DNA of 64,000 nucleotides. Origin: Octopus sinensis. Lineage: Eukaryota. Location: the NCBI RefSeq assembly GCF_006345805.1, contig NC_042998.1, forward strand, positions 43,586,001-43,650,000, given 5' to 3'. The translations under genes and the position numbers were made by a program. This document shows, piece after piece, positions 27,091 to 37,343 of the stretch. How positions within the stretch are numbered: position 1 is the first letter of the stretch; every line of letters begins with the position of its first letter. The notes under the pieces are model-generated. The model was not told the origin of the DNA. It saw only the letters and a program-made list of their open reading frames with translations, and searched no databases.

Positions 27091-28605
27091 GTACTTAGTT
27101 CAAACGGCCGAATAGAAAACCATTGGAAGTTCAAGTTGTCTGTGAAATCGTGAACTTCTATCTTCAATATCGAAACTCCTCCTCTTTGGATTTCGTCAAC
27201 CAATTTACCACAATAACTGACGGTGATATCAGGATCATCATAAACGCCAGAAAGTCGATCATGGTTCATAATGATTCTTTTACGTTAAGGAAGAAGGCGA
27301 CTGACTGTTCAACGTTTCTATAGTGGGTTATGACACGGTCTCAGATCACTGTCTTCATCAGGATATTTATCTTGGATACTCTCAAGAAGCACACCCCCAC
27401 CAATATGTTGGCCTTCTACTGGGAATAAGTCACATGAACGACTACACAATGGTTAAATTAAATCTAGGGAGGACCTGATAAAGGTCTTCAAAGAATTCGA
27501 CTTATCCATAAAAGTTACCACCAACTTGACCACTATTAACGTAACCCGAGACCTCTAAACGGGCAAGGTCTACCCATACATGAAATCCAACAAGGAGACT
27601 GTGAACATCCAGAGGAACTCTAACCACCCATCCACTGTATTTAGTAACCTAATTTCCGATGTTAACGAAAGAATCTTTAAGGTTTCAGCCGATAGAGGGA
27701 TAGTAAGGTCTCCTTCACTGCAATGATTCGTTAGCAAGGAGTGGATTCACCAGGAAGTTAAAATATATGAAGGACCCCACCTCATGCCTGCACCTAAAAA
27801 GGACTAGAGAAAGATAATCTGGTTCGAACCTCCATTAAACTTAAAAGTTTTCACCAACGTAACTTGGAGCTTCCTGTCGTTGATCAAGAAGCATTTCTAT
27901 AGAAGCTACAAGCACTATAAGCTTTTCAACGTTCATAACGCCAAGGTGAAGTACTCTTGCTTAGACAACATCACTTTTAACATTGCACACTACAATAGAC
28001 GTAAACATGCACCCCAAAACCCCCCATCCTCAACCTTAACTGCCAAAACACTACTGCTCTTTGGAAGGATCCTGCTTCCCGAGGGAAGTCTACAGAGACA
28101 TCCTCAACTTATCCGATGATGGCATCAGAAGATACTACACCGGTATAACGGTCAATAAAAACACATAGCATATGCAGTCCTCAGATGAAGGGATAGAGAA
28201 AATTCTACCCCTTTGTCCACTTCCTCTGTAGACCTCGCGACCTCTGGAATGACGCTACGAGCATCGAATGAACCATCATCGACAGGACCTTACTCATCCA
28301 CCTTACTCATCCGACGCCAGCAATGACAAACAAGGACAGACAGACGGATTAAATCTATTATATCGACCCCAGTGCGTAACTGGTACTTAATTTATCGATC
28401 CCGAAAGGATGAAAGGCAAAGTCGAATTGGAACTCAGAACGTAGCGGCAGACGAAATACGGCTACGCATTTGGTCCGGCTTGCTAAGCTCTGCCTTCGCG
28501 AAAGACTACATATACTCCACCACTCAACAGTATCTGCCACAAGGCTATTCCCTCCTCGCGAACTTCAAACCACTGGCAGTCGACAACCCAGATATCCCAC
28601 CTTAA
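27091..28605 (+). mobile_element. Penelope-like retroelement relic (RT, thumb, GIY-YIG endonuclease), probably Naiad-like; interrupted by a SINE
   Basis: Frameshifted segments: CEIVNFY, DFVNQFTTITDGDIRIIINARKSIM, PYMKSN..SNHPS, IIWFEPP, FLSLIKKHF..KLFN..KVKYSCLDN, NC..CSLEGSC..VY..YYTGIT and C-terminal LLANFK. Confidence 0.8.
28325..28498 (-). mobile_element. SINE family B inserted in the Penelope endonuclease region
   Basis: Reverse complement of the B core and GTTTGTCTGTCCTTGTTTGTC tail. Penelope-like coding frames lie on both sides. Confidence 0.85.
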
Positions 28606-28950
28606 CACTGACCACTCTACAACCAAGGGCAGGGTGTCTAACTACTGTTGCTTGCATGGACTACAGACTGTCATCTTTCCAACATTTTGCATATTCTATA
28701 TAACCTCCTACGATCGTCTTCATACACGCACCCACATTCACGTATATCTATGTATGTATGATTTCCCTCTCTTTCTCTATCTCACACTACCAATCTCAAT
28801 TCAACGACAAATTCGGTTACCGCCAACCCGACGACGCTGCTGCTACCGCGTTGTACCAGATCAGCCCACCAGTATAACGGTCCACATACATATCCACATT
28901 CCAATTCTATATGCACACTTACTCCAGCCGTACTCTCTCTCGCTCCCTTT

Positions 28951-28995
<45 letters not shown>

Positions 28996-29780
28996 GCACA
29001 CACACACACATAAATATCAGCGGCATGCATATGTACACACATACACTAGATGTAAACACCCGCACACCCTCAAACCAGACAAACCCGCACACATCCATTC
29101 ATACATATATAAATACAGAAATGTGCATACTCACCTATATCAGGTACTCATACGCACACACAACCATACATTTATCTCAACTACGCACTCGCACACTCGT
29201 GCGTACGACAGGTACTAACGCATACCTATTCGTGCGCACACCCACATCACTCCCACGCTCTTGATACACGCATCAGATTATTCACAGCTCATTTACGTGC
29301 ACTCAGGCATGTACATACAGCTGATACGCATCAGCACTCATGAGAACACACGTACACACACACACTATCAAGCTGAGGAAACCAGAACCCCACGCACATG
29401 CACTCCCACCCTACAAACACACCTAAACAGAAACATACATCTATGCATTCAAGCAGCAGGTACACACACACACACATACACACACACGCCACACGCACGC
29501 ACGCACACGTACACACACCGTCGCCGGCTGCTGTTGTCGCTCAAGCTCCTTTGAATACCATCTAGACAGAGAGGCACCACCAGCTTCGTATCCAGCCACG
29601 TGGACCAAGAATTCAGATGGATTTGATGTCACTAATTCCAACAACACCATATGAGCCGCTTTAATATCCTTCCTAGACTTCTTACAGCTCTATATTAAGT
29701 CGTCTGAGCTCGATGAGCTAGATTACTGTGACGAGCCCACAAGAGTTGAGGGACGAATCAAACTGCTTTAAGGAATAAAA

Positions 29781-30185
29781 CAGCTAAGTGGTAAGAAGTC
29801 TGCCTCCCATCTATATGGTTCCGGTTTCCGTCTCCCTGCATGGCACCTCGCTCAAGTGTCTTCTACTATAACCTCGGGCAGACCAAAGACTTGTGAGTGG
29901 ATTTAGTAGACGGAAATGGAAAGAAGCCCGTCGCCGTTTGTACACACACACGCACATATATATATATATATATATGGGGTGGTTTGTATATTTGTGACCC
30001 ACTCTACCGCTTAACAACCGGTGTTGATTTGCTTATATCCCCGTAAGCTAGCGCTTCGGCAAAAAGGCCGATAAAATAAGTACCAGGCTTTAACAAATAA
30101 ATATTGGGTCGATTTATTTGATTACAATCTCTTCGAGGCGGTGCTCCAGCATGACTGCAGTCTAATGAATGAAACATGAAAGAAA
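29781..30185 (+). mobile_element. SINE family C, full length, diverged
   Basis: Head GTGGTAAGAAG, CORE-like segment, microsatellite linker and tail GGCGGTGCTCCAGCATGACTGCAGTC. Confidence 0.8.
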
Positions 30186-30210
30186 TATGAAGAACAGTGA
30201 CCTAACGATT

Positions 30211-30434
30211 CGGTGGGCTGGCTGAATTGTTAGCACACCACACAGAACTCTTAGTAGCACTTCGTCGTCCGTCTTTACATTTTGAGTTCAAATTCTGCCG
30301 GAGTTGACTTTGCCTTTCATCCTTTTGGGGGTTAAGGAACTAAGTACCAGTTAAGTACTAGTGTCGATGTAACTAATCGAATGTCCCTCTCACCACAAAT
30401 TCCAGGCCTTGTACCTACACTAGAAAGAATTATT
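30211..30434 (+). mobile_element. SINE family B
   Basis: GAGTTCAAATTCTGCC..GACTTTGCCTTTCATCCTTT core and CAGGCCTTGTACCTACACTAGAAAGAATT tail. Confidence 0.8.
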
Positions 30435-30494
30435 CATGGTATTTCTGTGATTTGAGATCCAATTCCAATAAAGAATTATATATATGAACTAGAT

Positions 30495-30911
30495 TATCTT
30501 TTACTTGGTTCAGTAATGAGACTGCGGCCATGCTGGAGCACCACCTTGAAGAATTTTTAGTCGATTGTATCGACCCCAGTATTTAGTTCTTTTTAATAAG
30601 CCTTGAACTTACTCCATCGGTCAATTTTGCCAACCCGCTACGTCACGGAGACGTAAATGCACCTGTGCCGGTTATCAAGAAGTGGTGGTTGGCGGGAGAC
30701 AAACCACTGAAAAAAGGACATAAACACACACGCGCGCGCACACACACACACATACATTTATGGACAAACACAACGGGCTTCTTTCAGTTTTCGTCCACGG
30801 CTTTGGATGACCTGTGGATACAGTAGAATACACTTACCCAAGGTGCCACGATATGGGACTGAACCTGGCGCCATGTGGATGGGAAGGAAGTTTTTTCCAC
30901 AGAGCCAATAC
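30495..30911 (-). mobile_element. SINE family C
   Basis: Reverse complement of the C tail (GACTGCGGCCATGCTGGAGCACC) and head (CCCAAGGTGCCACG..GGGACTGAACC). Confidence 0.8.
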
Positions 30912-30920
30912 AATACATAT

Positions 30921-31009
<89 letters not shown>

Positions 31010-31112
31010 TAGATAGATAGATATAGATATATATATACATATATATATATATATTATATATATAATATATATATATAGATAGATAGATGATAGATAGATA
31101 GATAGATATACA

Positions 31113-31188
<76 letters not shown>

Positions 31189-31347
31189 AATATGTGTGTG
31201 TCTGTGTGTGTGTGAACCTATGAGAATTACTTAAGACAGTTTTGAAGTGTAAAGGTGATGTATATATATAATATATATATATAAGAATTAGGTCATTCAC
31301 TAACATACACATATATAACCAATTTATAGTCTACTCATACACACACA

Positions 31348-31383
<36 letters not shown>

Positions 31384-31639
31384 CCTCTCACACACACACT
31401 GAATAGATTAATCACCTGTACACCCACAGTCAGTTAATTACCTACATACCCACACACAATGCACACAAGCGCATATACACCCACGATCAGCTAGCTGAAC
31501 TTCACACCACAATTATTTAAACGCCTATACACCCTCGATCAGCTAGTTAAACTATACACCCACTATCATTTATACACCCACTATACACCCTCGACAAATT
31601 AACTGCTTAGACAACACCTACAACTATTTCTTCACTGCG

Positions 31640-31804
31640 CCGACAATGACGTTACCAGCGACGCCACAACCATGAACAGCAGCAGCGTGATCACTAGCAG
31701 CAGTAAACTTCCAGCAGCAGCACCGGCAGCATCACTTCCACCTCCATCATCACCACCACTACCACCACCACCACCACCACCACCACCACCACCACCACTA
31801 CCAC

Positions 31805-31841
<37 letters not shown>

Positions 31842-31855
31842 GCCACCACCACCAC

Positions 31856-31907
<52 letters not shown>

Positions 31908-32710
31908 ACCACCACCACCACCACCACCACGTCATCTATCGCAGAGAAAGTACCATCATTACCATCATTACCATCAGCAGCACCAATAGTAGCACTACCA
32001 CCATCACCCTTACCAAGACCAGCACCAGCATTACCACCAGAACCACCGGCAGCAGCAGCAGCAGTAGCAGCAGCAGTAGCAGCTGCACATCCGCCCCCGC
32101 CACAACCATCAACCGCCTCCACAACCACCCACCATCAACCGCCACCACAACCATCCACCACAACCATCCACCACAACCATCCATCACAACCGTCAACACC
32201 CACCGCAACTATCCACTACAAATATCCATTTCAACCATCAACCATCCGCCCCAACCATCAACCGCCACCACAACGTTCACCCTAACCATCAACCGCCACC
32301 ACAACCGCCCAACATCAACCGCCGCCATAACCATCCACCACCACCACCATCCACCACAACCGTCAACACCCACCGCAACTATACACTACAAACATCCATT
32401 TCAACCATCAACCATTCACCACAACCATCAACCATCCACCACAACATCAACCGCCACCACAACCGTCCACCACTCCCATCCACCACAACCATCCACCACA
32501 ACCACAACTATCCAACTCAACCATCAACCGCCAACACAACTATCCACCTCCAGCACCAACCACCACGAGGACCATCAACCATCAACACAATCTCCACCAC
32601 CAGCGCCACCGTCACCGTCACCGTCACCGTCACAACCAACAACCACCACCACCACAATTGCCATCACCACCGCCACCGCCACCAATACTGTCGCCGCTAA
32701 ACCCACAACA
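31640..32710. repeat. Compound (CCA)n/(CCG)n/(GCA)n microsatellite followed by a CAACCATC(A)ACC-type minisatellite
   Basis: Direct inspection. Extreme C/A strand skew and an internal duplication (about 32150-32240 versus 32345-32435). Confidence 0.9.
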
Positions 32711-33127
32711 CTTTAATCACAACGCTTGACACACCAGATTTTATTGAAATATTTTCTACCTTGTTCCAGGAATAAAAACAAATGACTGCAAATAAAAAGC
32801 GATAGTACTTTCAGTTTCATCGCTTCCTATACCTCTATCACCCAATAACAATATATAACAAACAAATATCTATCGCGACGCGCATCTACAACGATAGCAA
32901 CATACAAACGAGTTTTCAGCTTCAGTAGCGTTAAAAACCAGCGTCAAAATAGTAGAGAGATAAACAATTGTAGTTGAGCTGTCACATGTGATTGGATACT
33001 ACTGTCAAAGCAATCGCACGTTTACTCTCTATACTTGTAAATATTCCCACTCGCAGACTCTCTCTTACGCACGCGCGCCGTTTCTCATACTGTATTATGA
33101 TGGCAAATACATATGCATGTAGGGTAA

Positions 33128-33186
<59 letters not shown>

Positions 33187-33366
33187 GTATACATACATAT
33201 ATTTATGCATAAAAATCTATGTATGTATAATATATATATATATATACATACATATATACATATGCATGAATATGTATGTATGAATATATGTATGCATGCA
33301 TATATATATCTGTGTGTATATACATGTATATAAATATGTATCTCTCTCTCTCTCTTTCTATCTCTT

Positions 33367-33493
<127 letters not shown>

Positions 33494-33500
33494 ATATATA

Positions 33501-33671
33501 TAACATAAGGGACTAAAGCCATCTGAATATGGCTAGGGACAGGGCAGGGTGGTGGGGGTGTTACTGTTGCATTTAGCCCCAGGCGAACATCAACGTCGCC
33601 AGATAGGCTTAACACCCCCACCACCCTGCCCTGTCCTAGCCATATTCAGATGGCTTTAGTCCCTTATGTTA
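33501..33671. repeat. Near-perfect hairpin element (62-63 bp arms, 46-bp loop); MITE-like
   Basis: TAACATAAGGGACTAAAGCCATCTGAATATGGCTAGGGACAGGGCAGGGTGGTGGGGGTGTTA and its inverse differ by one indel. The element abuts a (TA)n array. Confidence 0.9.
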
Positions 33672-33823
33672 TGGAGCAGTTACTGTCTATATCTCATTTA
33701 GAGAATTATTATTGCTATATATTTATATATATATATATATATATACAGACACATCTATACATTATATACATATATATCAACGCACGAAAACTCTTGCACC
33801 TAGAGCCACTCTGTTGCTTCCGT

Positions 33824-33855
<32 letters not shown>

Positions 33856-34960
33856 CAGGTTTACATGATGTATTTATATACATATTTATATATTTGACTC
33901 AATATTAACAATGCAATATTGTGTATATTGCATAGTTAATATGTATTCATACATATATACATCCATCCATCCAGTTGTCGCTTTTGCATGGTCAGGTCGT
34001 TGGTGACTGCACCGGTTCTGCAACAGGGGTGAGGAAATCTGCTAGAAACCCAGCAAAACTAAAAACAAAACCAGTCAAAAGGTCGGATACTCAGATTGTT
34101 TGAAGAAAATGGATAATAGGAACCTTGGAAGAGATCCTTATATATATCTAATATATTTTATTTTAAAATATATATAAGGATTCCTTCCAGGGATCCTTAT
34201 ATATATAGCCAAGGGAAATAACCCGTTCATTTTCCTAAATTAATTTGGGAAAAATGAAATTGAGTATGCTTATTTCTTAGTATTTCAACTGTTATCTTCG
34301 CAATTTATCTAGTACAACCCTTAAACAAGTAAATAGTATTTTCCTAAATACTATTTACTTATTTGGTTAGTGACTTATTTACGAATATACCAACACTAGC
34401 GCCCCTGAGGGTAATATTCTCTGAGAAAGCACAAAGCCCTTTTCAGATTCATTTACTTTGCATCGATATTATCTCATATCTGATTAGCTTGCTTTTATTT
34501 TGTTTTTATTTTCTCTTTTATTTTGCTGAAGTGTCTCAGCAGTGGTCTTACGATGCTCTTTCCGGAATTCCTCATGAGAAGTGTGTGAGGTCGGCCATAA
34601 AAAAGAAAAGCCGTAAGAAAACCGATTATAGCAGCGATTCCATCTAAGAATATCTGAAGAAGGAATATTATTCCGAAATATCATATCAGACTATAGATGA
34701 CTAAATTATAACATGTATAGCCCATTGTCAGTATTACAGTGCATTGTTGTACCATTCAAAACTTTTTATCCTTTACAAACAATACACAATGCTTCAAGCG
34801 AACTACAATACTCTTATATATGTATATATATGTATATATATAATATACGTATGTATGTATGTGTATATATATATGTATATGTCTTGTGTATGTATGTAAG
34901 TATATATAAGTATGTATTAATGTATGTATATATCTATTTGTGTGCGTGTATTTATGTCTA

Positions 34961-35173
34961 TGTTTGTTTGTCCCCCACCACGGCTTGACAACCAGTGTTG
35001 GTGTGTATATCGCTGTAAATTAGCAGTTCGGCAAAATACATCGATAGAATAAGAACCAAGCTGAATGAGATAATAAGTATTGGAGTCAATTATTTCGACT
35101 AAAATTCCTCAAGGCGTTGCCCCAGCATGACCGCAGTCTAATGACTGAAACAAGTAAACGATAAAAGATAAAG
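34961..35173 (+). mobile_element. SINE family C 3' module (5'-truncated at the microsatellite linker)
   Basis: GTTTGTCCCCCACC..CAGCATGACCGCAGTCTAATGACTGAAACAAGTAAA. Confidence 0.85.
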
Positions 35174-35579
35174 ATATGTATGTATGTATATATATATATT
35201 TGTTTGTACATACACATACAATCACACACATACGCACATAGATATATCCACGTTAGTGACTTTTCCCAGGCGAATGCCTCATCATTTAGATGTCAAGCCT
35301 TACACAAACTGATAGGAATAAACGTGTGAACGAGTGTGTATTACTTCCGAGTGACGGTATCATTATAATTCATTAAGTCAGTTACAAGATAACATTTACA
35401 TAGTTTTTAGATCATCAGGATTTCCTCATTCACTTAGCTCGCGTATTTGTGTGTATCTGTGTCCGTGTGTATGCAGTATGTGTATTTGTGTGCCGGTGAG
35501 TGCGTGATTTACCTTTGTGTAAGTCAGCGATCACTATGACAGACCTGTTAGCATGATCACTGGGAATTGCCTGCGATCT

Positions 35580-35636
35580 CACGACGAAAACTACTACTAC
35601 TACTACTACCACCACCACCACCACCACAACCACTAA

Positions 35637-35704
<68 letters not shown>

Positions 35705-35707
35705 ACC

Positions 35708-35749
<42 letters not shown>

Positions 35750-36030
35750 GTTGCTGCTGTTGTTGTTGTTAAGCAACAAGACGGGTAAGGGTGATTAGGT
35801 GATGGGCTAGGGCTTAGGGGCGGGAAACCCCAGACCTTGGAAAAAAAGAAAACTTTGGTCGTCTCGTAGCCGAGGGCTCTTCATTGATGCCCGACACCAC
35901 TGGGAGGTCGCCCTTGAAGTCGCTGGAAATGGAGATCTCCGGGTCCAAATTCTTGAATGGCTGCTGTTGCTGCTGCAGCTAATGCTGCTGCTACTGTTGC
36001 GCCTTGTGTTACTGCTGCTCTTGCCTCTGA

Positions 36031-36069
<39 letters not shown>

Positions 36070-36151
36070 CACTACTACTACTGCTGCTGCTGCTGCTGCA
36101 GCTACTGTTGCTGCCGCTTACTGTTGCTGCTACTGCTGCTGTTGCCTCTGA

Positions 36152-36205
<54 letters not shown>
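35580..36205. repeat. Compound trinucleotide microsatellites (CTA, CCA, GCT) surrounding a unique GC-rich island
   Basis: Direct inspection. Confidence 0.9.
35814..35978 (-). CDS. Candidate coding exon fragment of unknown protein (LQQQQQPFKNLDPEISISSDFKGDLPVVSGINEEPSATRRPKFSFFPRSGVSRP*)
   Basis: Open frame absent from the ORF track because it has no ATG. By my count, 25 of 31 core codons end in G/C against an AT-rich background. No good splice acceptor and no recognised homology. Confidence 0.35.
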   Translation of the reverse strand: MQQQQQPFKNLDPEISISSDFKGDLPVVSGINEEPSATRRPKFSFFPRSGVSRP

Positions 36206-36349
36206 GTGTTATGTATAAGGCGAGTAAGTTTACGAGAAGGGGGTTAGTCGATTGTACTTTATTTTATAGGCCTCGTAAGGATAAAAGATTAAGTTAATCT
36301 AGACCAGATTTGATCTCAGAAGATAAAGCGCTGGAATAATAACAATATT

Positions 36350-36555
36350 TCTTTCTAAATTGGGCACAAGGCCAGCAATTTGGAGAAGGGAGTAAGTCGA
36401 TTAAAGAGACCCAAGTGTTTAACTGGTACTTGTTTTTCTTTTCTTCTTTTTTTTTTTTACCCCGAGAGGGATAAAAGGCAACGTCGATCTTGGCAGAACT
36501 TCAACTCATAACTTTGTCGCCAAATATTTTGCCCGACATACTAATGATTCTGCCG
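36350..36555 (-). mobile_element. SINE family B, diverged
   Basis: GGGCACAAGGCCAGCAATTT tail and GATAAAAGGCAACGTCGA core in reverse. Confidence 0.7.
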
Positions 36556-36604
36556 GCTTGCTTCCCTAACCGTTTCAAATTCTGGCATAAGCTCGTGCCT
36601 TTAC

Positions 36605-36658
<54 letters not shown>

Positions 36659-37214
36659 TGCCCTGATGCAGTACCAGGCAGTGGCTCTTATGGCTTCTGA
36701 TCTTATCTGATTGGAAGTGTTATCATGTACATTGTTTTGTCTTGGTATAAAAGATGGGCTACAGCAAATATTCCGCTCAATACCACAGATTTGCTTGTCA
36801 GTTGTTTGATATTTAACCAGTTGAGCATGTCCCTTAGTGGCTGACGATATGTGCATCTCTGATCACGAGCAGAAGTAGTGGAGGAGCATCATAGCCATGT
36901 GTTGAAAGGAATTCTTTGAGGTTTGAATAATTCACCTCTGGAAATATGGGTGTTTCTTTCAACATCCTTAAACAACCCTTATTCGGGGACCTTTTGAGTG
37001 GGATGGGTTACTCAACCAGAAGGAAATTCTAACTGGGCCCCACCTGCAAGGTCATGTGCTGTTTATCTTGATATGAGATCACCATGTCGCGCACACATGG
37101 TTGTGATGCATGTGCCTGGTGTACCCTTATCAGACGGGTAGTCATGATGGGTATATTGGGCTTTGCATATTTTACCCCAGTGTCAGTTTGATCGCATGCA
37201 CTGCTCTCTCACTC
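36659..37214 (+). mobile_element. 556-bp non-coding interspersed element (element E) inserted in (AAT)n
   Basis: Begins right after an AAT array and ends CTGCTCTCTCACTC followed by AAT repeats. A second copy lies at 40397-40794. Confidence 0.8.
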
Positions 37215-37269
37215 AATAATAACAACAATAATAATAATAATAATAATAATATTAATAACGATAATAATA

Positions 37270-37342
<73 letters not shown>

Positions 37343-37343
<1 letters not shown>

